In this document: positions 26,069-49,863 of the stretch, piece by piece
Layout of the letters: each line of letters begins with the position of its first letter
How positions within the stretch are numbered: the first letter of the stretch is position 1
From: Tubiluchus corallicola
Lineage: Eukaryota > Animalia > Priapulida
Length of the DNA: 64,000 nt
Assembly (NCBI GenBank): GCA_030141605.1
Contig: JAQGDQ010000674.1
Coordinates: 1 to 64,000 of the forward strand
Direction of reading: 5' to 3'
Made by a program: the position numbers and the translations under genes
Notes under the pieces: model-generated
Seen by the model: the letters and a program-made list of their open reading frames with translations, nothing else
Told to the model about the DNA's origin: nothing
The model's database searches: none

Positions 26069-26665
26069 CAGCATGCGCGCCGTTTGCCAGTATTGACAAG
26101 TATTAAGGACTGGTCTTGAGAATAAAGCAGTTTTTCTTTCAATTGTTCTTTCCTTTAACAACTGTATAACTCCATATTTTCTCTTCAAAAATGCGTCTAG
26201 CAATTCAAAAATTTTATGGGCGTCAACCGTGGTGGCGCCCAAGGGGGCCTCACACGCCCCGCTTCCCCGGGCCTCGCTCAGGCTGAAATACGCCCTGCTT
26301 ACAGCTAAGTCCCTTTTGCACACGATCAACTTTCTGTTTAGAATTACACGACCGTTATCAATTCAAATTCAAAGATTCCAACTGCATTCGTCCTAACCAT
26401 CATACCACAGACTGACTGTGTCTGACAATGGCAAGAAACTCACCTCTCCTCTCACGTTAACAACAACTTTGCCTCCATCTCTGCTTTGAATCTCTCCCTG
26501 CAGAAAACCCTCTTTTGCATCGGGCACCCAACACATCTTCTTCGCGTCGAACGGCATGTTCATCGTCTCCATTATCATTTTCTTGCTGGGTCTTAGAAAC
26601 TGCCAGGGGTCTTGTTCGAGCAGCTCCTTAGCACCCCATGGCAGGGGTAGCGCTTGCTTTAACAT
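12432..26665 (-). CDS. Mhc: Myosin II heavy chain, striated-muscle type; 18 coding exons, 5874 nt, ~1957 aa
   Basis: Exons 26665-26444, 25640-25497, 23913-23757, 23119-22983, 22659-22567, 22455-22392, 22290-22192, 22028-21925, 21731-20772, 20615-20410, 20209-19363, 18994-18671, 17812-17502, 16782-16704, 16566-16321, 16111-15912, 15769-14128, 12470-12432. All are GT-AG and phase-compatible. Motifs: P-loop GESGAGKT, switch I NDNSSRFGK, switch [26 protein letters not shown], long coiled-coil rod. Kozak ccaccATG. Confidence 0.97.
13532..14109. mobile_element. Kolobok-like MITE monomer in last myosin intron
   Basis: ttaa|agcaaaaaccgg...cctgttttcct|ttaa. Homologous to the arms of 5817-7049. Confidence 0.8.
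18096..18508. mobile_element. hAT-like MITE (TAGGGGTGAGCAT ends)
   Basis: TIR taggggtgagcat/atgctcaccccta. 8-bp TSD ctgacgat/ctgatgat. Confidence 0.85.
23161..23598. mobile_element. hAT-like MITE carrying an internal (CT)n tract
   Basis: TIR cagggcctatttc/gaaataggccctg. Perfect 8-bp TSD cctacaac. Confidence 0.9.
24175..24385 (-). mobile_element. tRNA-derived SINE fragment
   Basis: Reverse strand shows an A-box-like tagctcaatggta and a B-box ggttcaattcc. A related fragment lies at about 53590-53720. Confidence 0.55.
24782..25452. mobile_element. Kolobok-like MITE (family of 7233-7902)
   Basis: ttaa|aagacaagaaaa...ttttcttgtaca|ttaa. Collinear with 7233-7902. Confidence 0.8.
25881..26297. mobile_element. 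hAT-like MITE carrying (CT)n (family of 23161-23598)
   Basis: TIR cagggcctatttc/gaaatacgccctg. Perfect 8-bp TSD cttacagc. Confidence 0.9.
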
Positions 26666-26767
26666 GGTGGACGTCTACTCCAGAAGTCAGTTTGCTCTTC
26701 TGCTAAGGTTTGCACCACAGCTGAAGATGCTGTCCTAGTAAAAGCACAAGAGAACCCCTACGTTACA

Positions 26768-27424
26768 TAAGTTTTACACGTCAAATGTAGACACAGGAAA
26801 GTTCAAATGTGACTTAGGTAAGTCAAATGTAGACATAGGAATTTCGAATGTGTTTTGGTAACTCAAATGTGACTTAGGTAAGTCAAATGTAGATGCATTA
26901 CTTTGAATAAGTCGGTAAATAAGTTATTTAAGCGCAAATTAGAAAAAGATAAACCAAAGATAGTGCATCTATTAGTAAGCCTATAACGTTGTTATTTTAA
27001 CTTGGGAGCAATTATTAAATTGAGATTAAAGAAGATTAAATTTAACATACTTAAGCTTTACCACCTATCCACATTTGAGATACCAACGTCACATTTGACT
27101 TGACATGTGTCTACATTTGATTTACCAAAAATGCTCAAGATTTCTTGAAAACCATTGTTAACACATTTGAACTACCTAACTCTACATTTGAGTTACCAAG
27201 ACACATTTGAACTACCTAAGTCTACATTTAAATTACCAAGACACATTTGAACTACCTAAGTCTACATTTGAGTTACCAAGACATTTGAACTACCTAAGTC
27301 TACATTTAAATTACCAAGACACATTTGAATTACCTAAATCTACATTTGAGTTACCAAGACGCATTTGAACTACCTAAATCTACATTTGAGTTAAAGCAGG
27401 TCTACATTTGACATGTAAAACCTA
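26768..27424. mobile_element. Foldback-type MITE with subterminal ~20-bp tandem repeats (tcaaatgt/acatttga)
   Basis: TIR gttttacacgtcaaatgtagac/tctacatttgacatgtaaaacc. A shorter reverse copy lies at 45931-46385. Confidence 0.8.
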
Positions 27425-27612
27425 TAGATAATTGCTTTTAACAATATCGAAACGAAAGTACAAAGTGTTTAAAAAATTAGTAAAGGTACAGCTTCATAGA
27501 TCAGGAAATTAGTCTATGTTGATGGACCAATATTCTCTTAAGAATTATTCTGATTTTTATATAAACAACAATTAAATAACCATTTAGTTTATTTTTCATA
27601 TTTCGTGATTTA

Positions 27613-28640
27613 AAGGAAAACGCTAGTTCTTCGCTTTTACGTGCATTTCGCCATTCGCTAGTTAGACCGGCATTAACACCTGCATTTCAGAAAGTCTTTG
27701 CACAAAAAATATGTGCTATACCTCTCAGTTCAGATGTATTAGTTGGTGACGAACTAAACACGTTCGACACCTCAGGCGTGACCACAGCGGTAAATTTCAA
27801 ATTTGAATTTTTATCTTAAAACTTACTTAGTTTTAGTACAACACACTGAATATCTTACAGTACCACCGTACTTCAATTTTCGCTCTCGCAATTACGTACA
27901 ACACTCTCGTGTAATATTTTTGCTGCTTAAAATTATGTTACTTTGTGATGTCATCAACAGTTGGGTTCGCCTACCGTTAAGTTTTTAATCTATTATTAAT
28001 TATAAGAAATGCTTTTGCAGTATTAATTGTTTTAAAATGTATACTTGTTATCGGATTTGAAAATGGGATAGTACATGAAAAACCACCCTGTCTTCCTCTA
28101 AAGTAAAACAGGATGATTTTCCATACCCTACTCCATTTTGAAGTCTAGTAAAATGTACACATCTTAACACCTGTGATAATGTCAAAACGTTTCTGATAAT
28201 TAAATAATAGGCTAAGAAACTTAATTAATGGCGGGCGAACTCAAATGGTGATGGCATCGCAAATGTACATAATTTACAACACCACAAACATATACAAAAA
28301 TTCGGCAAATTTTAAGTTCAAAATTCAAATTTCAAGTTTACTGCTGTGCTCAACCATGAGCTATCGAACGTGTACACTACGTCATAACTGGGCAACTCTA
28401 AAGTGAGAGGTACAGCACTTGTTTTTTGTGCAACGCTTTCCGAAATGCAGGCGCTAGTTTTCGTCTAACTAGCGAATGGCGAAATGCAGGTAACAGCGAA
28501 GAACTAGTGGCGCGAAAGCGAAATTACAGTTCAGTGGTTCCCCTTCTTACCAGCTAAGTAGGTAACTACTTTCTCCTTCTTAGTATGTTCCCTTTCAATA
28601 TTTTACAGATATTGTTTTAAGTTATACAGTGTAGTTTAAT
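27613..28640. mobile_element. Second copy of the Kolobok-like MITE dimer (reverse orientation, ends eroded)
   Basis: Same central junction cttcct-ctaa-agtaaaacagg at 28098-28101. Arms are collinear with 5817-7049. Confidence 0.75.
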
Positions 28641-29399
28641 TTTGGGTAGGATTTAGATTCCAGTTCAGATTTCTAAAATCAGCCTCAGAAATAACGAAAT
28701 GTAGCAAATTTAAAAGAGTTATTATTAAAATATTGATATGATATTGTCTTGCACAGTTATTAGAATTCACATTCAAATTTGAGAAGTCATTTGTTAATGT
28801 ATTACTGCTACACGTTCTATTACGTGTAAATTTCTTATAATCTGGAGTTTTGCTTTCTCTAATAAACTCAACTGGACTTCGTTATACAAACATAGAGAAT
28901 TAATATACATACTATTAAAAAATAATAGTCTTTCTATCTTTTATATCATCTCATATATGAGCTTCATTCATTACATCTTTCCATTTTAAGCACTAATGTT
29001 TTTTATGACGATTCACTTTAAATTTTCAGATTATTTTCATTACTTTTTTTTCTATCACTGTGTGGGACAATCTAACAAGCCCCGCTTTTTGATTGCCCGC
29101 AACACATTCACCTTCGTGTATAAATGAACAGTGTTTGAGGCTTTTCCTGTGCAGTATTTCTTATTTGTATTATGTTCATTGTAGGCCCTTTCACTAGATA
29201 TTGTATATGTAACCATCGTAAATGCGTAAGGTGAAATAAATGACTTATGACTCATGATTAATACCAGGTAAATGACAGCCGTAACAAAGTTGGTCAATTA
29301 GGTCAATTCTCTTCTCAGTTGGCATGCAGTACTTTGTGTGATTGTAGAGCATTGTAGTCGAAAACGAATTATAAAATTAATATCATACTTTCGACTCAC

Positions 29400-29455
29400 C
29401 AGTTATAAGTGGGTGTAAGAATACTTGTTCCCGTTTCTTTCCTATGGATCACCAC
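29400..29455 (-). other. Predicted non-coding 5'UTR exon 2 of myosin heavy chain
   Basis: On minus strand: catttcag|GTGGTG...ATAACTG|gtgagt. It lies between the putative first exon and the ATG exon (acceptor at 26734). Confidence 0.55.
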
Positions 29456-29787
29456 CTGAAATGACGTCGTCTGGTTAATATATTAGTAAAAGGCAATAAT
29501 TAATCACAGATCAACAAAACTAACTTTGCAATACAGATTCTTGACTAACACGTAGAACACTGAGGAATCACAAGAGATAAAAAGTGAAAAATTTTAGAAA
29601 CATGTAAATCTAAATTAAAAAGGATTAAAATCTTTCATTGTTTAATGTTTCCAATAGAAAAAGATGCAAGAATTAATTAACATGGTGCCGACGCTAGTAA
29701 GTTACTCAAATGTTTTGCTGAGTCTAAATAACAGTAATTATCGTATTTCCAAACGCATGTCTATAGTCCAACACGTACAAAACTTAC

Positions 29788-29885
29788 TGTGCTGTGCCCC
29801 CTCCTTCTGAACCAGCAGAAGTCAGAGTGATTCTGATGGTGACAGCGTGTTTTATATGGCTGTGGAACAACGCCATGATTGGTTG
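29788..29885 (-). promoter_or_regulatory. Myosin heavy chain core promoter and first non-coding exon
   Basis: On minus strand: CCAAT (about 29878-29882), TATAAAA (29856-29850), Inr-like TCACTC with A at 29828 (28 nt from the TATA start), then a 41-nt exon ending at a gtaagt donor (29787). Confidence 0.65.
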
Positions 29886-29994
29886 ACGAATTGTTGATCT
29901 TTCAACTTCCATGTCAGCCTGAAATTTTCGTAAAACAACAGCGCTGTTAGACGTGTGTGATCATATTCCTGAACTGAATGTGGATCAACACAGT

Positions 29995-30026
29995 TCACTC
30001 CCTCGCTCGCTCTCTCTCCTCTATCT

Positions 30027-30067
<41 letters not shown>

Positions 30068-30160
30068 TTCTCTCTCTCTCTCTCCCCCTCTCTCTCTCTT
30101 TCTTTCTCTCTCTCTCTTTCCTCCCCTCTCTCTCTCTCTCTCTCGCTCTCTCCTCTATCT

Positions 30161-30206
<46 letters not shown>

Positions 30207-30335
30207 CTCTTTCTCTCCTGTCACTTCTCTGTTTCTTCCTTCTCATCTATCTCTCTTTTAGACCTCCTTACTCTCTCTCAAACCCTCCTCTTTCTCTCTC
30301 CTATTCGCTTCTCTCGCGCATTCTTCCCATTCCCT
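29995..30335. repeat. (CT)n-rich low-complexity tract
   Basis: Degenerate CT microsatellite. Source of the SL/ER-repeat ORFs. Confidence 0.95.
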
Positions 30336-30411
30336 AAATTTCAATTTTTCATCACAGAATATTCTCCTACTTTCTATTTCAGGAATTTTATCTCAGATGT
30401 TTCATAAAATG

Positions 30412-30833
30412 TACTTCTTGTAAAATGCTCATGCTTACTTCTTGTAAAATGCTCATGCTTACTTCTTGTAAAATGCTCATGCTTACTTCTTGTAAAATGC
30501 TCATGCTTACTTGTAAAATGCTCATGCTTACTTCTTGTAAAATGCTCATGCTTACTTCTTGTAAAATGTTCATGCTTACTTCTTGTAAAATGCTCTTGCT
30601 TACTTCTTGTAAAATGTTCATGCTTACTTCTTGTAAAATGCTCATGCTTACTTCTTGTAAAATGCTCATGCTTACTTCTTGTAAAATGCTCATGCTTACT
30701 TCTTGTAAAATGCTCATGCTTACTACTTTGTAAAATGTTCATGCTTACTTCTTGTAAAATGCTCATGCTTACTTCTTGTAAAATGCTCATGCTTACTTCT
30801 TGTAAAATGCTCATGCTTACTTCTTGTAAAATG
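30412..30833. repeat. 24-bp minisatellite (~17 copies)
   Basis: Unit cttgtaaaatgctcatgcttactt. Confidence 0.95.
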
Positions 30834-32202
30834 CCCAGTTTATTAATAAAACATCAGCCTCTTTGTAGTCAGGTTGAATGAGGATGTTCTCGCAACGGAC
30901 GCGGCTGTATATCTACAGATTCAGAGTCTCATCTTAAAGTTTTAAAGTATCGTGTCCCGCGTTACTTTACGCCCGCCCAAATTTCCTGCCAACAATCTAC
31001 TTGTTGTCGTTAAAGTGGTACAAGAGGGAATTTTCAAGTATATCCCAAGGAATTTTCCACGAAACGTTATATTGCTTAGCAACAGGCCTACTTGTTTTTA
31101 AAACACTTATGTAATTGGAAAAGAAATTGTTAATAATGTAAATGTTCACACCAGTTGCTAAAAGGGTACCGTATTGCCATATCAGTGCGCACCAGACAAG
31201 ACATTGTTGTTGACAAGATAAAGTAATTTATACTTTTGCTTAGCTAACGAAGAATGTTCTACGAATACTCAGATTGTTTTTTCAAACTTTTAGCAATATG
31301 TTATCTAAACTTATTCCAAACAACTGACTCTCAAAATGGCTCTGCCTACTAACGGTCACCGCGGCAGTTTAAATTTACAAATTTTATACAGCATTCCTGC
31401 TAACGCAAGCCCTGTATGCAATAAGATAGCACGAAAATGATATAAAATTTCAAGTTTTCAAGTCTGTTTATGAAGAGCGCGTTCTTTTCCTTTAAATACT
31501 TTGATAATGACACAGATACCGGTTCCGCTACAACCATCCACATAAAAACAAAATGAGAGAAATCGTGCCGCCAAGTGCTGGTTTACAGTTTGCAGTTCCA
31601 GTTCAAACATATGTCGTTAATTGCCAAGTCCATATTAGGAATGGATCGCTAAGTTGGATGCAATGATGAAAAAGCTCCGTGTTTTCTTGCCTATCCTAGA
31701 CTTGAAAATAAATTATGTCGAATCACGTGACTTAATTGAAGCGTTAACTTGGAGCTGCTAACTAAACGTTTGTTTTTCGAAAGATAAACGTTTTCTCGTA
31801 ATAATTGGCTTCTATTTCACGTTCCTTTCATTTGCAGACGAAGCCTGTTCAGCAGCTGATGCAGAATTAGACAGTAGTGGAATTTAGTTAACGTAGTTTT
31901 ACTGGAAATTGTTACTGACAGTGAAGAAAAAGAAGTTCTATTTATTTTTCGAAACACCTATATTGTGATAAACAGATGTCCCAAAAATCCATGAAATTAA
32001 AACTCTCATAGAAATTTCAGCCTCAAAATGACCAAAATACTAAATGAACCATTTAGTTGAAATCATTCACTGGCATTACTGAATTTGATTAGCCGAATTT
32101 GATAAAGGATGAACTTTGGACTGCTTGATCTCTGGGAGATGCGGTGTCCTAGTGGCAAAAGACATCTGCAATGTAAGCAGAAGGTCCTTGGTTCTGATGG
32201 GA

Positions 32203-32276
32203 GATGCGGTGTCCTAGTGGCAAAAGACATCTGCAATGTAAGCAGAAAGTCTTTGGTTCTAATCCAGGCTGCATCC
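32203..32276 (+). pseudogene. tRNA-like sequence (Thr-TGT-like pseudogene or SINE head) preceded by a 65-bp partial duplicate
   Basis: Cloverleaf: GATGCGG/CTGCATC acceptor stem, GTC/GAC D stem, TCTGC-AATGTAA-GCAGA anticodon arm, TTTGG-TTCTAAT-CCAGG T arm, then a T-run. Anticodon and T loops are non-canonical. Confidence 0.55.
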
Positions 32277-32440
32277 CACTTTTTTCTCATTTTCCGTCTT
32301 TCAAATTCGGTATCAAAACTTAATTAACTGCGGGTTTGTAACAACATTATCAATAGTTTTGATAATAATTAAGATTAATCTAATTAACATGATTCGCTGT
32401 CTTTTTGTAGAATTGTTTTATGACGTAGTATGATTTTATG

Positions 32441-33203
32441 CATGAAGCTTATGGTTAAGTGGTTACTGTGCTAGCTTAGCGAATGTCGTTAAGCAGCACT
32501 GAACCTGATCAGCGAAGGGTTGGATAGCTGCTGGTATAAATGCTCGTTCTGGTGTCATATGGTTCGTGCAGGACTTGATTCAGTGACTGATCATTGAGGA
32601 TTTAGGCCCGGTCTCGTCACAACAATGTAAAATTAGTACTAGATCTGCCATTATGCTACATCACTTCATGCTACGCGCCAAACTGCATAAAAGTTCTCTG
32701 TAGAAACGTATTGTCACTACTATGCTGACAATTCACGGATTACTGCAGTGTTTACTAGGGGTGAGCATTCTCTACCAGAAAGCAAATTCGAATCGAACCG
32801 AATTTGTGACTTCCGAATTCGAATCGAACCGAACTTCAGTGTTTCGAATTCGAATTGAGATCGAAAAATTTTCGAACCACCAGCAAAAATTAGTCTTACA
32901 AAGATCATGTGTATCACTAGATTTTGTTCTGCAATAAAACGACTAGTAATTTCTTTCCAATTGTGTGCAGAAATCACAGCTAAATTATGCTAATTGCATG
33001 ATGTTTCAATCGTTTTAGTGATAAAGAACATGTGTGATTGAAGTGCTGAATTATTCGAATCTATAGTTTTGGATTAGAAGCGAATTCGAACGTTCGATGC
33101 TCATCCCTAGTGTTTACCTGTCTTGAGGGCAGTTTTCATTTAGTTTCGAAGTCTGCCTGCCAATGTCTACAATAGGCGTAATGGTCACATAATGATGATA
33201 ATG
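32441..33203 (+). mobile_element. SINE (tRNA/5S-like head, (ATG)n tail) interrupted by a hAT MITE
   Basis: The 3' part ggattactgc.gtgtttacctgtc...ctgcctgcc.aatgtctacaatag...atgatgat matches the tails at 10352/10523 once 32756-33109 is removed. Confidence 0.6.
32756..33109. mobile_element. hAT-like MITE (family of 18096-18508)
   Basis: TIR taggggtgagcat/atgctcatcccta. Perfect 8-bp TSD gtgtttac. Confidence 0.9.
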
Positions 33204-33669
33204 TAGCATTTTTAATTTATTTTATGACAACTTTGCCACCCGAGTAATTTCTTGATGATGTAAAACCAAAGACATGAACAGATAATTCGCATACTTTTTA
33301 CCCATTATCTTTTACATATCTCTGGGCAAAACAAAAGTGACTGATCACGTGACGGCAGCGCATGCGCTATGAACCTTTCCCGCGTAATACCAGCCAGACG
33401 ATTTTCAGCTCTTTTGTCCGTATTTATCCCATTAACCGATTCGTGTAGCCGTTTTTCTCGTTAATTTCACAGTTTAAGTAAACTCAGCCTTGTTATGATG
33501 AAGTCGATTTTGTTGCTTGTTTAGCGCATACGTTTCTCATTTGTAGCTGAACGTATTTTTTGATCATGTTTGTGCAGAATGAATCAAGTGTTTCTGCGTC
33601 AGTGGATTCTATTTGGACATTCCGCAAAAGAACCGTGATCTAATTCTGGTTCTTGACGTGCATAAACCA

Positions 33670-34478
33670 GAGAGGTGAAGGGAGAAAGATAGAGGGGACA
33701 GAGGGAGGGGGGAGAAAGAGAAACACAGCGAGAGAGAAAGCAAAGGGGAGGCAGAGGGAGAGAAATTGAAGGAAAGGGAGAAAGAATGGAAGGAAGAGGA
33801 GGGAGGAAGAGAGAGAGAGAAAGCAAAGGGGAGGCAGAGGGAGAGAAATTGAAGGAAAGGGAAAAAGGAAGGAAGAGAGAGGAGGAAGGAGAAAATGTAA
33901 GAGATAATGGAAGGAAGAAAGAAAATAGAAGGAAAAAGACAGAATAGATAAACATGATAAAATATGTGGAGATCTGGAAAAGAGAAACAGAGAAAAAGCA
34001 TTAAAAGACAATAACACTTGCTCACAGAAATCGAAAGGAGAAACAGAAAGGATGGGGGTTAAAAGGAGGAGATGGAGGGAAATTCGTAGAGAGAGAGAGG
34101 GTGGGGTATGAGAAAGATAAAAAAGAGGGAGAGACTGAGACAATTTGAGAAACAAAAGGATAATGCTGAACAAGAAACAGTCAAAGAGAGAAAGAAGCTG
34201 AGGTCAGAAAAAAGGGAAACAGCCAAGGAAAAAGAAAAGCAGCAAGAGAGAAAAGGAAAGATAGAGTGACAAAGAGCTCAGGAAGATCAGAAAAGAGAAA
34301 GAGCAACAGAGAAAAGGAAAGAGTGTGAGAGGGAGCTGAGAGAGATCAGAAAGAGAAAGAGCAAGAGAGAAGAGGAAAAATAGTGAGATAGAGCTGAGGG
34401 AGATAAGAAAAAGAGAAAGAGTGAGAGAATAGGAAAGAGAGTGAGAGGGAGCTGAGGGAGGTCAGAAAAAAGAAAGAG

Positions 34479-34515
<37 letters not shown>

Positions 34516-34576
34516 AAGAGAGAGAGAGAGGGAAAGAGAGAGAGAGAAAGCAAGAGAGAGAGAGAAAGAGAAAGCA

Positions 34577-34607
<31 letters not shown>

Positions 34608-34622
34608 AAGAGAGAGAGAGAG
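33670..34622. repeat. GA-rich low-complexity tract
   Basis: Polypurine/(GA)n on + strand. Source of the L/S/F-rich reverse ORFs. Confidence 0.95.
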
Positions 34623-37600
34623 GATGTATCCATAAGCAATAGAAGCACAACAAGCACTGCAGTTTTGCATAATCACAAAGATTTAAATTTATCAATTTCA
34701 TATACATAAAAAAATGCACCAAGGAATTTATTTTCGCACTAATGTTATCACAAGTGTGCAGCAATGTGTATTACAAATGTGTAACAAAGTTGGACCACAT
34801 CATTTATTATAACTATACATACCATAAAAATCCATGTAAGAACTTTACATGGCAGACAAAGTAATGTTCACGTCGAGCACGCACTCGCACGTGAGATAAA
34901 ATCGTTAAAGTTAACAAAAAGGACACTGTTTCAGCTAGCTTTCACATAAACAATAATCATAGCAACATCAAGGTTTACATGTTTGTTCTTAAGTGTTTGC
35001 ACAGCAAAAAATTAAATCACAACTGTTCACATGTATAACACCATGGTGTGTACAGTGTACACTCACCTTTACACATTATACAACAACTGTGCATTTGCAA
35101 AAAGTATTCATAAGCATACCACAGATCTGATTACGAATATCAAGAGGCTAACGCCTATAAATTCATAATAACATTTTTTCTCGAGAACGGTAATGGTTTC
35201 CTTAGTTTTTTACATATAAATAACACGATAATGTACACTAACTTTGTTTACAATCTCAACTCTTGCAGTTTTGTAAACATTCACATCAATGTATTACTGC
35301 AGTCTTATGGTAACTTATACTAAGAATAGCAAAAGCAAATGGCATTACATTATGAAAGAGCACATTTTTAAGCACACAAAAAGTAGCTAGTGCAAAAATG
35401 TCTTATGTACAAACAGTTCATTTATTATAGTCATAAGTGTACCAAGTACCGCAACAAAAACGTAACAGTATATACTACGTACTATATGACTGCAAGTAGT
35501 GCAATTACACACTTGCCATGTTTTTTTAACTCGCCCCTAGATGGCAGACAAAAATTGCTCAGTCACCATAGCAATGCCAACTTTAGCAATGCCCATTCTG
35601 GCAGTGTGATGTTATAAGCTACAGCAGGACAATGAACATAGCAGCTGCATGTCACAAACACCATGGCAACCTATTGTTCCAACTAACCGCTGGTACCCCA
35701 TGAAAAACGCTTCATTTACTGAACAAAACAGCATAAAACACTTAACAAATTTACCGAAGACACACAAAACCCAAAAACGATCTTGGCACAAAAATGTGAT
35801 CATTACAAAGCGTAGGAACCCCTCTTAATAGATCCGTTGGCTGTTTTTATCTGCAAATACTCATTGTAACAAAATTAACAAATCTTGTGTAAAAAGTGAA
35901 ATTTCTCAGTGGCCAGCAAGTTAATCAGGCACAATAGTGAAACTTGTAATTGCACAATTTGCAGTTGCATGAAGAGTCACACGTGTACCAAGTACCCCAA
36001 CAAAAAACGTAACAGTACATGCTACATACTATACGCAATTTCTGTATCTATGAATACAACGATATCCACCAGACAAACTACTGCAAGCTCAGCTGCTAGA
36101 AAATGCTCAGAATTAGACAGCTGTCATTTCGGTATATACACGTAAGAAAAAAACTTATTTTCTACCATCATGAAAAGCTGAAAACCCAACTTTACCATGC
36201 CAAAGGTAAATTGGGACAAGCGGGAGAGTTTTCTGTCCAGGCTCTGTCGGAAGTCGGTGGGATCTTGGCACTCGAAGCCATTGTGACATTGAGATAAAAT
36301 ACTTATATTACAATAAAAGCAGGAAAGGTATTTTTAACTCTGTTTCTCGAATACGAGCAGCCTTGGTCAGGATGTAGTCAGTGTCAGTATGAACACCTGT
36401 CTCTAGTCCGGTGCAGGTGAGATGTGCAACAGATTCCCCACTTTCATGCCTCATTTTGATGGTGAGACAGTCTAGAATATGTAGAATTTTTTTCTCAAAT
36501 CAACTAAAAACCCTAGAGTACAAAAGCACTCAATATCAATGTGCTTGCACTTGTAGCATTTTGCAAGATATAAGAACTTTTTTAATTTACAGCGAACGCC
36601 ACCTACGAATAATTTAGACTTCCATCCCTCGTTTTGTGCAACTTATCGTTACTGGAAGCAGCTGTTTATTCGAAAATTTGAAATTGGAGTTAAAATGCTT
36701 GCTAAAGGAGGTGGTTGTGAAACAGAGGAAAAGAGGAAAGAGTCGTGCCCAAAAAAGAGCCACTTTCGAAAGTTTGTGGATTTGAGGAATGATGGAGGGA
36801 AGGAAATTTTTGAAAGCAGGAAATAAAACTGGAAAGCAAAGTGAAAAAATAATAAAGAATTCAGAGTAAGAAAATAATCCTTATATTTATATCGTCTGGA
36901 AACAAATGAACTTACGAATACTAAGAAACAGTAACAATTTTTTCCAATTATTACAACAAAACAAAGATTTCCCATATACGAAAAGCACAACCACGAAAAT
37001 TCTCCCGACACCAAAACATGAAGCTGCACAAACAACAAGTATTGGCACAACATGGAATCAACAAGATCATATCAAAGGCACAATTGTTACGGTCAGCAAC
37101 AGAAACAAAAAATCAACTGAGGTGTATAGAAACTTCTACCATCATAGAACCTGCTGTTCGTGTGAATTTGTTTTGTAATTTCACTAGGTGAGAGCTACTG
37201 AAACTTGTAGTTGAAAACCGGTAAACGAAATTCTCCCAAAACTGGCTGCACAGAATCACTCAGCGAATCAAAAAGCAACAACTAATAAATGATAAAGAAA
37301 TTAGAGCTAAAGAAGTGCCGACAACGTTTAACAAAGACAAAAATCAAAGCACAGCGATTCAAAGTAAACTAGCGTTTTGACGTAAACGGAAAAAACAGAT
37401 GTTAATCTAATGAAGTCATGTAGACACGAAACAGTCTAAAAACAAACAGACATGTTTAAATTGTCTTTCTTGTCTTTTTATTTACAAACTGTGCATAGGT
37501 GTCATAACAAACACTTCAAACATGAATTCAACACACGATTTACTTTCCTTGGTCATTCAGAGATGGCAGAACAAGCACCCGAGAGACGGAATGGTATTTA

Positions 37601-37754
37601 CTCGCTTTTCAAGCTTTCATGCTAGATGAAATCCTCAAAGAAGAACGGCTGTTCCTACATTGACAAAAAGCAACTTAAAACAAGTCAATAAGGCAGACGT
37701 CTCACCTTAAGTACGTGCAAATTAATTAGAAGAAGAAATAAAGTACAACTGTTA

Positions 37755-38022
37755 ACGGTAGTTGTTCGTTGTTTACAATGTTGCCATGGTAGTTGTTCAT
37801 TGTTTAAAATGTTGCAATGGTAGTTGTTCATTGTTTACAATGTTGCCATGGTAGTTGCTCATTGTTTACAATGTTACCATGGTAGTTGCTCATTGTTTAC
37901 AATGTTGCCATGGTAGTTGTTCATTGTTTACAATGCTGCCATGGTAGTTGTTCATTGTTTAAAATGTTGCCATGGTAGTTGTTCATTGTTTACAATGTTG
38001 CCATGGTAGTTGCTCATTGTCT
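37755..38022. repeat. 31-bp minisatellite immediately 3' of the UGDH stop
   Basis: Unit ggtagttgttcattgtttacaatgttgccat, about 8.5 copies. Confidence 0.95.
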
Positions 38023-38084
38023 ACGGTGTAGCATTTGAGCTCAAATGTCAACAACGAAAGGATAACAGGTCCTAGAAAAATAAG

Positions 38085-49863
<11,779 letters not shown>

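Noticed and set aside
29953-34764. SL-, ER- and LF-rich ORFs and MSILQEVS repeat ORFs
   Set aside because: Translations of CT/GA microsatellites and the 24-bp minisatellite.
34640-36420. Possible terminal exon and 3'UTR of another minus-strand gene; also a ~60-bp direct repeat at about 35430 and 35975
   Set aside because: No recognisable protein or convincing splice structure.
36430-37700. Purine-rich, coding-like stretch, possibly a decayed retrotransposon gag
   Set aside because: Many stops and frameshifts, no diagnostic motif or LTR seen. It needs a translated search.
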